The notes: generated by a model from the sequence alone, not told the origin. A DNA stretch of 64,000 nt from Candidatus Hydrogenedentota bacterium (GCA_020848835.1 JADLHJ010000011.1:10862-74861); one strand, 5' to 3'. Positions 9,591-20,205 are shown, counted from the first letter of the stretch. A program made the numbers and translations.

Positions 9591-12500
9591 TTGGTGATGA
9601 AGCAGTGTACGAGAGCATTTCGTTTCCGCAATGTCTTCAAGGGTCTGGGCTGGCTCGCGATGGCATGCGCCGTCGTAGCGTTCGGGTCTGGCGCGGTCGC
9701 CAAGGCCGAAGACGCCAAAATCGACTTCAACAAGGAAATCGCGCCGATCCTCGCGGCTTCGTGCGTGAAGTGCCACGGGCCGGAACGCCAGAAGGCCAAG
9801 TTGCGGCTGGATTCGCCCGAGGCGATCAACGCCGGGAGCGAAAACGGCCCCGTGCTGGTTGCCGGAAAACCTGGCGAGAGCACACTTTGCAAACTCATTT
9901 CCCTGCCTGCGGACCACCCGGACCGCATGCCGGTAAACGCGGACCCGCTAAACCCCGAACAGGTCGCGCTCATCGCCAAGTGGATTGAGCAGGGCGCGGC
10001 CATGCTGGCGGCGGAAGGTGCGCCGGCCGATGCGCCCGCGCCTGCACCAACAACGGAACCGGCAGCCGCGACGGGCAACGTGGATTTCTCAAAAGACATC
10101 TATCCAATCTTTGTGGCGTCATGCGTAAAATGCCACGGGCCGGAGAAACAAAAAGGCGAACTTCGTCTCGATTCGATAGATGCCATTAAGGCTGGTGGTG
10201 AAAACGGCCCAATATTTGTCGCCGGTAAGCCCGCGGAGAGTTCGCTGTGCGTGCTCATCTCGAAGCCAAAAGGCGACCCGGACATCATGCCCGCGAACGG
10301 CGACCCACTGACGCCCGAACAGATCGCGCTCGTCGCGAAATGGATCGAGCAGGGCGCGGTGTTGCCGGAAACCTTGCCGGATATTTCCACGTTGGGCGCA
10401 CCCGCGCCGGTATCGTCCCCTGCTGCAGCTGCAGGTTCGGAAGCGGAAGCAGAGGCCCAGCTTCTCGCGAAACTTGCCGATGGTGTGCAGCCCGCCGCAG
10501 CGGAAACTATCGAGCCAGTTAAACAGATCGGCGGTCTCGCAATGCCGCTGGACCTGAAGTCTCCCCTGCTCTCCGTGAATTTGCAGTACGGCGCGGACAA
10601 AGTGAACGACGAGGCCTTGGCGAAACTCGCTGCGCTTGCGCCACAGGTCACCTGGCTGAATCTCGCCGGTACGAAAGTTACCGATGCCGGCCTCGCGCAG
10701 GTCGCGAACCTGAAAAAAATCACACGCCTGCACCTTGAACGTACGGAAGTGACCGATGCGGGTATCGCGAATCTTGCGGGCCTGGAAAATCTTCAGTACC
10801 TGAATGTCTACGGCACAAAGGTAAGTGACGCGAGCATCGACGCGCTGCAGAAGATGGCGTCGCTGAAAAAACTTTATGTTTGGAATTCGCAGATAACGAA
10901 AGAAGGCGCGGACAAATTGAAAGATGCGCGCCCAGACTTGTATGTAAACATCGGCATCGAGCAAGCGCCGCCTGCACCTGCAGCCGCTACCGCAGGCACC
11001 GTGGATTTTGCAAAGGACATCGCGCCGATCTTGCAGGCCAAGTGCTATGGTTGCCACGGTCCGGAGAAGCAGGCCGGTAAACTGCGTCTCGATCTTCCCG
11101 AATGTATCACGGCGGGTGGCGCAAGCGGTCCGGCGGTTCTCGCGGGCAAGCCCGGAGAGAGCCCGCTGTGCGTGCGCGTTCACCTTCCCAAGGAAGACGA
11201 AAAACACATGCCGAAAGAAGGCGAGCCTCTGACTGCGGAGCAGTTGGCGCTTGTTGCAAAGTGGATCACCGAGGGCGCGGTATTGCCCGCGAAGGTGGCT
11301 GATGCGCCCGCTCCTGCCGACAGTAAACCCGCGATTGACCTGGCTTTGTTCTTCGAGGCTGACGGATGCTGCGCCAAGGCCAAGGCGGCTGGAAAAGATT
11401 GCGATCATCCCTGCTGCGCGGAGGCCAAGGCGAAGGGCGAAGTCTGCGCTAAGTGTAACGCTAAGGGCGCAAAATTGTCCGCGCTCGTGAAATCGTTTGA
11501 CGCGGACGGGTGCTGCGCAAAAGCAATCGCGGGCGGAAAGCCTTGTGACCACCCCTGCTGCGTCGAGGCGGTCGCGAAGGGCGAGTTGTGTGCGAAGTGC
11601 AATCCTAACGGCGCAATAACAATCCAGCTTTCCAAGTTCGACAAAGACAGTTGCTGCGCCAAGTCGGTTGCGGAAGGCAGGGAGTGTGATCACCCCTGCT
11701 GCGCGGAAGCGCGCGCCAAAGGAGAAGTCTGTGCCAAATGCAATCCAAGCATCGCAAAGGCGAAATTGACGGCATTGTTCGACGCGGACAGTTGTTGCAG
11801 CAAAGCACTGGCAGCTTCGAAAGACTGCGAACATCCGTGTTGTGTGGAGGCACGCGGCAAAGGGGAAGCGTGCACAAAATGCAATCCGGGCGCAGCGGAG
11901 AAATTGAAGGCCGCCGCCCCGCCGGGCGCAGCGGCGCCCGATCCGAACGCGCCGAAAAAAGTCGCCTCACTCACCTACAACCGCTTCATTCACCCCATCC
12001 TCGCCGACAACTGCTTCACTTGCCACGGCCCCGACAAGAATGCGCGCAAAGGCGACCTGCGCCTCGATGTGCGGGAGGCGGCACTCGAAACGCACGAGGG
12101 CCGGGCTGCGATTGTGCCGGGGAACAGCGGAGCAAGTGAGTTGGTGCGCCGCATAACATCGTCGAAGGCCGACGATCTTATGCCGCCCACCAACTCGGGA
12201 CACGCGCTGAAGCCGGAGCAGATTGCGGCGTTGACAAAATGGATCGACGACGGCGCGGAATACGAACCGCACTGGTCATACCTGCCGGTTGTCCGCCCGG
12301 AAGTGCCCTCGACTTCAAGCGACGCGTGGTCAAAAAATCCTGTCGATCGATTTGTTCTGGCTAACCTTGATGTGCACGGCTTGAAACCATCGCCAGAAGC
12401 CGATCGCATCACCTTGATTCGCCGCGCGAGTCTCGACCTGATTGGCCTCCCTCCCACGCCGGACGAAGTGGACGCGTTTGTAAATGACACTGCACCGGAC

Positions 12501-14972
12501 GCTTACGAAAAGCTGATCGACCGTCTGCTGGCCTCGCCGCAGTACGGCGAACGCATGGCAGTAAGCTGGCTGGACTGGGTGCGCTACGCCGACACAAACG
12601 GATATCACGGCGACGAGCCGCGAATTGTATGGCCATACCGAGACTACGTGATTAAAGCCTTTAACGAAAATATGCCTTTCGATCGCTTCACAATCGAACA
12701 ACTCGCGGGCGACCTTTTACCAAACGCCACGCGCGAACAGAAAATCGCGTCGGGATATAACCGCCTCAACCAACTCACGGCGGAAGGCGGCGCGCAGGCC
12801 GCGGAATACGTGCAGAAGTATATGGCCGACCGCATTCGCACGACGACGTCGGTGTGGATGGGATCGACGTTTGGCTGTGCAGAGTGCCACGATCATAAGT
12901 TCGACCCGACGACGATGAAGGATTTCTACTCGTTGGGGGCATTCTTTGCTGACGTCAACGAGAAAGGCGTCTATACGGCAGGCGGGCCTTGGGATCCGAC
13001 CTTGCCGCTACCCGACGAAGCGCAGGCCGCGGAACAGTCCACTCTGGAATCGTCCATTGCGTCGCTCGAGCAATCGCTCGACACCCCAACCGATGCACTA
13101 GCCGCCGCGCAACAAGCTTGGGAAGCGGCGCATCGGGCCGAATTGGCTGCGGCGTATAACGATTGGACGATGCTTCTGCCCGAATCCGTAACAGCAGAAG
13201 GCGGCGCTACGCCGACGGCGGGAAACGATTTGATTGTCACCGTCTCTGGCGCGGACCCTGCGACGAACGTCTACAACGTGACGCTGCCGGTGAACCAGCC
13301 CGCGATCACCGGTTTGCGCCTGGAGCTTTTCACGCATCCGAAGAGCGGTAAATTATCGCGCGCCGGTGGCAATGGAAATATCATACTCAGCGGGTTTGAC
13401 GTTGCCCTTACGTCGGCACCGGATCAAGTCATTCCGATTGCATCTGCGCAGGCTGACTACGAACAGCCAAACTATCCCATCGCCGCGGCACTGGATGCTG
13501 ACCCGAAAACTGGCTGGGCCGTTTCCGGACACGAGGTGAAGGGCATCAATCATTTCGCTCTGTTCACATTCGCGCAGCCAATCGCAGGTGGGCCGGGCAC
13601 AAAGCTGATCGTCCGCTTGAAACAGGAATCGGAATTTCCGAACCACACTATCCTGAAATTCCGGCTATCTGCGACCACGGTGGCCACGCCCAAACTGGTG
13701 AGCACCGCTAGCGCCAATGCGACAATTTCAGCGATCCTGCTGAAAGACGCTTCAGCGAGGACCGTCGAAGACAATACCGAACTTGCCAAACATTACCGCA
13801 GCATCGCGCCAGAACTTGAGGCAACCCGCGCTGAATTGAAGGCAAAGCAGGACCGGCTCGCCGCATTGAATAAAGAAATTCCGACCATGCTTGTCGCGAA
13901 TTCAATTTCGCCGCGCGAAGTAAAGATTCTGCCGCGAGGGAACTTCCTCGATACTTCCGGAGATGTCGTACAACCGGCAACGCCGCACTACCTTCCTCAG
14001 TTGCAGATCACGGATCGCCGCGCAAACCGGCTCGATCTCGCGCAATGGCTTGTGTCGCGCGAAAATCCCGTTACCGCGCGCACGACGGTGAATCGATTTT
14101 GGGAAATGTATTTCGGCTCAGGCCTGTCTAAAGTGCTCGACGATCTCGGCGCGCGCGGCGAGTGGCCAGTGAATGCAGACACGTTGGATTGGCTCTCGGC
14201 GGAATTCATGGACAGCGGCTGGGATGTAAAGCACATCGTTAGGTTGATGGTCACTTCAGCAACGTATCGCCAATCGTCGAGCGTCACAACCGACCTGAAT
14301 GCAACGGACCCGTTCAATCGCCTGTACGCGCGACAGTCCACTTACAGGCTCGCCGCTGAAGAAGTGCGCGATAGCGCGCTACGCATCGCCGGTCTGCTTT
14401 CGCCAAAGCTCGGCGGGCGCACCGTGTTCCCGTATCAGCCAGATGGCTACTATGCCGACTGCAATACCTTTTCCGAACCTGCTCGCTGGCTCACTAGTCC
14501 GGGTGAAGACCAATACCGGCGTGGGCTGTATACGTTTTGGAAACGCTCCTTCCTGCACCCGAGCATGCTGGCTTTCGATGCGCCCACGCGCGAAGAGTGC
14601 ACCGCGGAACGTGTCATCTCGAACACACCCCTGCAAGCCCTCGCACTGCTGAATGATCCAAGCTACGTGGAAGCGTCCCGTGTGTTCGCAGAGCATATAA
14701 TGAAAGACGGCGGCGCAACCCCCGAATCGCGCATTCAGTTCGCTTTCCGCCGTGCACTGTCCCGAAATGCGTCGGCGGATGAAATCGCCGTACTCACCGC
14801 ACTCTGTAAAAAGCATTATGACGAATTCTCAAAAGAGCCTGATATGGCAAAGCAGGCCATTAGCGTTGGCCAGGCACCGGTGCCTGCCGAAGTAAATGTC
14901 GCCGAACTCGCCGCGTGGACCTCTGTCGCACGCACGATCTTGAATTTGCACGAAACGATCACGCGAACCTAG
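9591..14972 (+). CDS. giant PSCyt1(x4)-LRR-Cys-repeat-PSCyt2(DUF1549)-PSD1(DUF1553) protein
   Basis: Signal peptide. Four planctomycete cytochrome-c-like modules with CxxCH (CVKCHGPE x2, CYGCHGPE, CFTCHGPD). Leucine-rich repeats at about 10540-10940. DUF1549 signature NPVDRFVLANL...LIRRASLDLIGLPPTPDEVDAFV. DUF1553 signature TVNRFWEMYFGSGL...FDAPTREEC. Confidence 0.85.
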   Translation: MVMKQCTRAFRFRNVFKGLGWLAMACAVVAFGSGAVAKAEDAKIDFNKEIAPILAASCVKCHGPERQKAKLRLDSPEAINAGSENGPVLVAGKPGESTLCKLISLPADHPDRMPVNADPLNPEQVALIAKWIEQGAAMLAAEGAPADAPAPAPTTEPAAATGNVDFSKDIYPIFVASCVKCHGPEKQKGELRLDSIDAIKAGGENGPIFVAGKPAESSLCVLISKPKGDPDIMPANGDPLTPEQIALVAKWIEQGAVLPETLPDISTLGAPAPVSSPAAAAGSEAEAEAQLLAKLADGVQPAAAETIEPVKQIGGLAMPLDLKSPLLSVNLQYGADKVNDEALAKLAALAPQVTWLNLAGTKVTDAGLAQVANLKKITRLHLERTEVTDAGIANLAGLENLQYLNVYGTKVSDASIDALQKMASLKKLYVWNSQITKEGADKLKDARPDLYVNIGIEQAPPAPAAATAGTVDFAKDIAPILQAKCYGCHGPEKQAGKLRLDLPECITAGGASGPAVLAGKPGESPLCVRVHLPKEDEKHMPKEGEPLTAEQLALVAKWITEGAVLPAKVADAPAPADSKPAIDLALFFEADGCCAKAKAAGKDCDHPCCAEAKAKGEVCAKCNAKGAKLSALVKSFDADGCCAKAIAGGKPCDHPCCVEAVAKGELCAKCNPNGAITIQLSKFDKDSCCAKSVAEGRECDHPCCAEARAKGEVCAKCNPSIAKAKLTALFDADSCCSKALAASKDCEHPCCVEARGKGEACTKCNPGAAEKLKAAAPPGAAAPDPNAPKKVASLTYNRFIHPILADNCFTCHGPDKNARKGDLRLDVREAALETHEGRAAIVPGNSGASELVRRITSSKADDLMPPTNSGHALKPEQIAALTKWIDDGAEYEPHWSYLPVVRPEVPSTSSDAWSKNPVDRFVLANLDVHGLKPSPEADRITLIRRASLDLIGLPPTPDEVDAFVNDTAPDAYEKLIDRLLASPQYGERMAVSWLDWVRYADTNGYHGDEPRIVWPYRDYVIKAFNENMPFDRFTIEQLAGDLLPNATREQKIASGYNRLNQLTAEGGAQAAEYVQKYMADRIRTTTSVWMGSTFGCAECHDHKFDPTTMKDFYSLGAFFADVNEKGVYTAGGPWDPTLPLPDEAQAAEQSTLESSIASLEQSLDTPTDALAAAQQAWEAAHRAELAAAYNDWTMLLPESVTAEGGATPTAGNDLIVTVSGADPATNVYNVTLPVNQPAITGLRLELFTHPKSGKLSRAGGNGNIILSGFDVALTSAPDQVIPIASAQADYEQPNYPIAAALDADPKTGWAVSGHEVKGINHFALFTFAQPIAGGPGTKLIVRLKQESEFPNHTILKFRLSATTVATPKLVSTASANATISAILLKDASARTVEDNTELAKHYRSIAPELEATRAELKAKQDRLAALNKEIPTMLVANSISPREVKILPRGNFLDTSGDVVQPATPHYLPQLQITDRRANRLDLAQWLVSRENPVTARTTVNRFWEMYFGSGLSKVLDDLGARGEWPVNADTLDWLSAEFMDSGWDVKHIVRLMVTSATYRQSSSVTTDLNATDPFNRLYARQSTYRLAAEEVRDSALRIAGLLSPKLGGRTVFPYQPDGYYADCNTFSEPARWLTSPGEDQYRRGLYTFWKRSFLHPSMLAFDAPTREECTAERVISNTPLQALALLNDPSYVEASRVFAEHIMKDGGATPESRIQFAFRRALSRNASADEIAVLTALCKKHYDEFSKEPDMAKQAISVGQAPVPAEVNVAELAAWTSVARTILNLHETITRT
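11347..11895 (+). repeat. four tandem ~45-aa cysteine-rich repeats inside the PSCyt protein
   Basis: Each unit reads F(E/D)ADGCCAKAxAxGKxC(D/E)HPCCxEAxAKGExCAKCN (7 Cys). Units begin at about 11350, 11500, 11640 and 11770. Confidence 0.6.
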
Positions 14973-14983
14973 GTAGCAGTAAC

Positions 14984-16411
14984 ATGGACCCCTTTCACGA
15001 ACAATCGTTACGCACCACGCGCCGCCACTTCCTCGGCCGTGCCGCAAAAGGCATTGGCAGTGCGGCGCTGGCTTCTCTGTTGAATCCAAGCCTTTTCGCG
15101 GCCAGCACTACTGATGATGCATGGCGCGGTGTCGTGCAGCCACTGCACTTCGCGCCGAAGGCCAAGCGCGTAATCCATCTAGTCATGTCAGGCGGTCCCT
15201 CCCACCTCGAAACCTTTGATTACAAACCAAAGCTGGGAGAGTTGGCCGGCCAGCCAATGCCCGAATCGTTTACCAAGGGCCAACCAATCGCGCAGTTGCA
15301 GGGCGCACAATTGAAGTGCCTCGCACCGCAACATGTATTCAACACCGTCGGCAAATCGGGCCAGGTCATCAGCGAGATTTTCCCGCACATCTCCAAGATC
15401 GCGGACGATATCTGCATCGTGCGTTCCATGCAAACAGAACAGATTAATCACGATCCCGCGAATACCTTCATGAATTCCGGCACTTCGATCTCCGGCCGGC
15501 CCAGCATGGGCTCCTGGGTGCTCTACGGTCTCGGCAGCGAGACGCAAAACCTGCCCGGCTTTGTCGTGCTCACGTCGGCAGGTGGCGGACAAAACCAACC
15601 CATCGCCGCGCGGCAATGGCATAGCGGTTTCCTGCCTAGCAAGTTCCAAGGCGTGAAGCTGCACTCCTCCGGCGATCCGGTGAACTACGTCGCGAATCCT
15701 CCCGGCATCACCACCGCGCGGCAGCGCGACGTGGTGGATGCGATCGAAAAGCTGAACGCTATCCGTCAAGATTCGGTAGACGATCCGGAAATCGCCACGC
15801 GCATCAGTCAATATGAAATGGCGTTTCGCATGCAGGCGAGCGTGCCCGATCTGGTGGACTTCTCAGACGAGCCGCAGCACATCCGCGACCTGTACGGCAC
15901 CCAAGGTGGCGACGGTAGCTTTGCATCGAACTGTCTCATGGCGCGCCGTCTCGCCGAACGTGGTGTGCGCTTCATTCAGGTATATCATCGTGGCTGGGAC
16001 CATCACGGCGGTGTAAAGCAAGGTACGGCCACGACCGCTGGCTTGACCGACCAAGCCAGCGCGGCGCTTGTAACAGACCTGAAACAGCGCGGCATGCTCG
16101 AAGACACCCTCGTGATCTGGGGCGGCGAATTCGGCCGCACGCCGATGGCGCAGGGCGACGGCCGAGATCACCATATCAAAGGGTATTCCATCTGGATGGC
16201 GGGCGGCGGCATCAAACCTGGCTTCGCCTACGGCGCAACCGATGAACTCGGTTACAACGCCGAAATCGACAAAGTCCACGTGCACGACTGGCACGCAACG
16301 ATCATGCACCTGCTGGGCATCGACCATAAAAAACTCACCTACCGATTCCAAGGACGCGATTTCCGCCTCACTGACGTCGCGGGCAACGTAGTCCATCCCA
16401 TCATCGTGTAA
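14984..16411 (+). CDS. DUF1501 domain protein (sulfatase-like, Tat-exported)
   Basis: Twin-arginine leader TTRRHFLGRAAKGIGSAALASL. Classical partner of DUF1549/DUF1553 genes. ATG at 14984 lies 12 nt after the upstream stop. Confidence 0.85.
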   Translation: MDPFHEQSLRTTRRHFLGRAAKGIGSAALASLLNPSLFAASTTDDAWRGVVQPLHFAPKAKRVIHLVMSGGPSHLETFDYKPKLGELAGQPMPESFTKGQPIAQLQGAQLKCLAPQHVFNTVGKSGQVISEIFPHISKIADDICIVRSMQTEQINHDPANTFMNSGTSISGRPSMGSWVLYGLGSETQNLPGFVVLTSAGGGQNQPIAARQWHSGFLPSKFQGVKLHSSGDPVNYVANPPGITTARQRDVVDAIEKLNAIRQDSVDDPEIATRISQYEMAFRMQASVPDLVDFSDEPQHIRDLYGTQGGDGSFASNCLMARRLAERGVRFIQVYHRGWDHHGGVKQGTATTAGLTDQASAALVTDLKQRGMLEDTLVIWGGEFGRTPMAQGDGRDHHIKGYSIWMAGGGIKPGFAYGATDELGYNAEIDKVHVHDWHATIMHLLGIDHKKLTYRFQGRDFRLTDVAGNVVHPIIV

Positions 16412-16427
16412 CCGCGGTGCGCGCGGT

Positions 16428-17741
16428 ATGACGACAATTGACGGCTCACCACTCCGCCGCACGCTCGGCTTCTGGGCGCTGCTCGCCTATGGCGTTGGTG
16501 ACATGCTCGGCGCGGGGATCTACGCATTGATCGGAAAGGTGGCAGGCATAGCCGGCGCGTGGGCATGGGCATCCTTCGCACTCGCGATGGTTGCGGCAAC
16601 GCTAACTGCGTGCGTCTACGCGGAACTCGCAACAAGATTCCCACAGAGCGGCGGCGCGGCCTACTACTGTGAACGCGCGTTTAGGAAGCCTGCGCTTTCA
16701 GTATTCATTGGATGGCTCGTGCTTTGTTCCGGTGTCGTGTCGATGGCAACCTCATCACTCGCGTTTGCAGGCTACTTTAATAAGCTTGGCGTTTCTGTCC
16801 CCGTCCCATTGATAGTCTGCGCATTTCTATTTGTCGTCGGCACAATCGCAATGCGAGGCATCCGCGAGTCCTCAACATCGAATATGATCTGTACTGCAGT
16901 CGAACTTTCAGGGCTGCTAATCGTCGTAGTCACAGGCCTGATGATCGTATTTGGCAGCAAGCCCGTTGCAGAACCAATACCAAATGTCGCCTCTGAAGCA
17001 GCGACCTGGCTCCCGATACTCATCCTCCAGGGCGCAGGCCTTGCATTCTTCGCGTGCATAGGATTCGAAGACATCGCAAACGTCGCCGAAGAAGTGAAAG
17101 ACCCGGAGCGTACCATCCCGCGCGGCCTGCTCAGTGCGATGTTCGTCGTCGGCACCGTGTACATGCTTGTGGCATTCGTATCCACGCGCGCGGTTCCTCC
17201 CCAGGTACTCGGCGCAAGCGAAGCGCCATTGCTCACCGTCGTTGAATACGCCGCGCCATCGTTTCCTTTAAAAGTATTCAGCGGCATCGCGATGTTTGCG
17301 GTAGCAAATACCACGCTGCTCAATTGCGTCATGGGATCCCGCCTACTCTACGGCATGTCCCGCGAAAAACTTTTGCCCGATTGGTTGGGCCGCGTACACG
17401 CCACACGCCACACACCCTATATCGCAACGCTTTTCGTAATTACAATCGCGCTTATATTGGCGCTTACCGGTACCGTCCAGCACCTCGGCGGTACGACAAG
17501 TTTGTTGTTACTAATCGTCTTTATTGTTGTAGACATTGCCCTGCTCCTGATTCGTCGCGATAAAACGGACCGCACGGGATTTCGTGTGCCGGTCATCGTG
17601 CCGATTGGAAGTACTGCAATATGCGCGGTGCTCATTGTGTTCTCTCAACAGGCCTCCATGGCAATCGCCGCGGTGCTGGGAGCAATCGGCGCGGTTATCG
17701 CCTTTGTCCGGTGGAAAACCATGACCGTCACCAATACATAA
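16428..17741 (+). CDS. APC-family amino acid permease
   Basis: 12 predicted TM segments. N-terminal FWALLAYGVGDMLGAGIYALIGKVAG motif typical of amino acid transporters. Confidence 0.8.
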   Translation: MTTIDGSPLRRTLGFWALLAYGVGDMLGAGIYALIGKVAGIAGAWAWASFALAMVAATLTACVYAELATRFPQSGGAAYYCERAFRKPALSVFIGWLVLCSGVVSMATSSLAFAGYFNKLGVSVPVPLIVCAFLFVVGTIAMRGIRESSTSNMICTAVELSGLLIVVVTGLMIVFGSKPVAEPIPNVASEAATWLPILILQGAGLAFFACIGFEDIANVAEEVKDPERTIPRGLLSAMFVVGTVYMLVAFVSTRAVPPQVLGASEAPLLTVVEYAAPSFPLKVFSGIAMFAVANTTLLNCVMGSRLLYGMSREKLLPDWLGRVHATRHTPYIATLFVITIALILALTGTVQHLGGTTSLLLLIVFIVVDIALLLIRRDKTDRTGFRVPVIVPIGSTAICAVLIVFSQQASMAIAAVLGAIGAVIAFVRWKTMTVTNT

Positions 17742-17759
17742 GAAGCGAGGAAATCAGCC

Positions 17760-18650
17760 ATGCGCATAGTCATCGGTGGCGCAAGCGGATTGATCGGTAC
17801 CGCTCTCGTACAAGAATTACGCGCACAAGACCACCATGTGCGGAAACTCGCGCGGCGTGCTAGCTCGGATGGTGATATTTCTTGGGACCCCGATACCGGA
17901 AAGCTTGACGCTGCTCAACTCAACGGCATCGACGCGCTGATTCATCTCTCCGGCGAAAGCGTCGCAAGCGGACGTTGGACTGCGGCAAAGAAAAAGGCCA
18001 TTCGCGAGAGCCGGGTGAAATCCACACAATTGTTGGCAAAAGCGCTCACTTCTACCGAGAATCCCCCGAAAACTTGGCTTTGCGCGTCAGCGGTTGGCTG
18101 GTACGGCGATCGCGGTAATACATGGCTAGATGAAGATACCGCCGCTGGCGAAGGTTTTCTCGCAAGCGTGTGCAAGGAATGGGAAGCGGCGACAAGACCC
18201 GCGGCGGATGCGGGTATTCGCGTCGTCAATATGCGCTTCTCCGTCGTACTTAGCGCAGATGGCGGCGCTTTCAAGACGATGATGACAGCGTTCAAACTCG
18301 GCGCAGGCGGTATCATCGGCAGCGGCGAACAATACGTGAGTTGGATTACAGTGGACGATGCAGTGCGAGCGATCATGTACGCACTCGCAAACCCGTACAT
18401 TTCAGGACCCATGAACGTGGCCACACCCAATCCCGTCACGAACCGAGAACTCACCAAGTCCCTGGGCGCGGCGCTGCATCGCCCGACCATCCTCCCCATG
18501 CCCGCATTTCTCGCACGAGCCGCCTTTGGCGAAATGGCAGACGAAATGTTTCTCGCCAGCACAAGGGTCCGGCCGAAGAAGCTCGCAGATGCTGGTTTCG
18601 CCTTTGAGTCACCAATACTTTACGAAGCGCTTCACAAAATCCTCGGTTAA
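17760..18650 (+). CDS. TIGR01777 (YfcH-like) NAD-dependent epimerase family protein
   Basis: MRIVIGGASGLIGTAL Rossmann start. 296-aa length and C-terminal DUF1731-like region. Confidence 0.75.
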   Translation: MRIVIGGASGLIGTALVQELRAQDHHVRKLARRASSDGDISWDPDTGKLDAAQLNGIDALIHLSGESVASGRWTAAKKKAIRESRVKSTQLLAKALTSTENPPKTWLCASAVGWYGDRGNTWLDEDTAAGEGFLASVCKEWEAATRPAADAGIRVVNMRFSVVLSADGGAFKTMMTAFKLGAGGIIGSGEQYVSWITVDDAVRAIMYALANPYISGPMNVATPNPVTNRELTKSLGAALHRPTILPMPAFLARAAFGEMADEMFLASTRVRPKKLADAGFAFESPILYEALHKILG

Positions 18651-18672
18651 TGTATGCTTCGAGGTTCCTTAC

Positions 18673-20205
18673 TTACCACGTGTAATGCACGAGATAGGTG
18701 ACCTTCTTTTCCTCATCCGGCTGCAACGGCACGCGAAATTCGATCGTTTGCGCGTCAGTCTTCTCGAATTGCATGGACGGGCTGCGGATTTCCCAGTTGG
18801 TCCCGCGGTAGAGATGCTCGACAACACGAATCTCCGCGGCCTCCTTCTTCCGATTGCGCAACTTTATCTCGAACATTTCATCTACCCAATGCGCGTTGTA
18901 GTCCATGCTGTAGCTGACCTGCTTGCGCTCGCCTACCAGGTCGAACGCGTCGCCGGTATAGACGCGCACGGTTTCGCCCTGCGGCGTGTGGGTGATGACA
19001 TTCTCGCCCGTGAATTCCAGTTGGCCGCTGGCCGCGCCGCTTGCGCTTACCTCCGGCGCCGCTTCGTCGCGCTGATAGAAACGCGTTTTACCCGCGGGAA
19101 GCGGAATACCAAGTCCATTCTCCTTCGTGTTTTCGAACTCGCGCATAACCCATACGAGCTTGTTCGATTGCGTACCGTAATCGCGCTGCTGCATGAGCTG
19201 TTCTGTGCCCCAGCCGCGATATTGATTCGGATCGATCTTGGTCCCATCGTAGACATAGAATCGGGTCGAGGTGATGCCGTCTGCACGGACGAACTCGACT
19301 TGCTTCGTTTCGCGATCGCGTAGTGTAGTCGCGCGCTCAACGGTATAGAGGTGATACTCGTCAAACGATTTCTCGCTAACTGTCGGCTCGAACCCGCCGC
19401 GTGACCTCCGCTCGCCGCTGATCGAGAAATCGTTCAACATCTGGTTTTCCGGCTGAAGCTTACTCACATTGCCCGCCATAAGTTTTATCTGCGCATTTTC
19501 AAAGGTCTTGCCGCTCTGGTTGTCCATCGTCACCCAACCGACGAGATCCACTTTGTCTCCTTCCTTCGGCGCGACAAAGTTGTAGCTCGCTTCCCAGCTC
19601 ATCCCGCCGGTGAGGTAACCGATCTCCGCATCGAGGGCGCCTGCCGTATCCGACTCAAGCGTCCAAGTTAATGAGGGCTTTAGAATCGTGTCATCGGGGA
19701 TTGCGGGGAACAACGGCTGCCCAGGCAGACCAAAGTGCAACTTGCCATAGATCTCGATGATCGGTTGCGAGGCCCCGCCGTAGGCATAAGCTTGTTGCAT
19801 CATCTGATATTGCTGCCCATATCGCTGCATGGCAGCGTCGCCGTGCGGCGCATAATTACTGCGTACAACACGTCCCTGCACGATGTCCCGCTGATCGCCA
19901 TTTTGAATGATGAAGTCGATAAACTTGCCTTCATTCAGTTTTAGCAATAGCTCAGTCGAAAGCTGATCCGCCCGGTAATTTTGTTCGAGAATGCGAATAT
20001 TCGCCTTACCTGCTGGATCGCGCAGCATTACGGAATCGGGTTCAAGGTGGGCCGTCGTATCATTGAACGTGACCTGATTGACCCCGTGTTGCAAGTCGAG
20101 GTGAATGCTCTCCCTAACGACACCAAAGCGCTGATTGTAAATCGTCACGGAGGGTTCCGCCGCCGCAAACGCAGTAGCGGCAAGTAGGACGAAGATTGGA
20201 CGCAT
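18673..20205 (-). CDS. secreted DUF4140/DUF4139 (TIGR02231-like) protein
   Basis: N-terminal VTIYNQRFGVVRESIHLDLQHGVNQVTFNDTTAHLEPDSVMLR matches the DUF4140 pattern. ATG at 20205 is preceded by AGGAG. Signal peptide MRPIFVLLAATAFAAA. Confidence 0.6.
   Translation of the reverse strand: MRPIFVLLAATAFAAAEPSVTIYNQRFGVVRESIHLDLQHGVNQVTFNDTTAHLEPDSVMLRDPAGKANIRILEQNYRADQLSTELLLKLNEGKFIDFIIQNGDQRDIVQGRVVRSNYAPHGDAAMQRYGQQYQMMQQAYAYGGASQPIIEIYGKLHFGLPGQPLFPAIPDDTILKPSLTWTLESDTAGALDAEIGYLTGGMSWEASYNFVAPKEGDKVDLVGWVTMDNQSGKTFENAQIKLMAGNVSKLQPENQMLNDFSISGERRSRGGFEPTVSEKSFDEYHLYTVERATTLRDRETKQVEFVRADGITSTRFYVYDGTKIDPNQYRGWGTEQLMQQRDYGTQSNKLVWVMREFENTKENGLGIPLPAGKTRFYQRDEAAPEVSASGAASGQLEFTGENVITHTPQGETVRVYTGDAFDLVGERKQVSYSMDYNAHWVDEMFEIKLRNRKKEAAEIRVVEHLYRGTNWEIRSPSMQFEKTDAQTIEFRVPLQPDEEKKVTYLVHYTW

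Noticed and set aside
10119-11834. 571-aa antisense ORF inside the PSCyt gene, and similar long shadow ORFs at 54438..55865, 57644..58954, 31933..32826 and 36195..37109
   Set aside because: They are entirely antisense to genes with clear domain content and have Arg/Ala-rich, stop-free translations typical of high-GC DNA. None has a recognisable motif.
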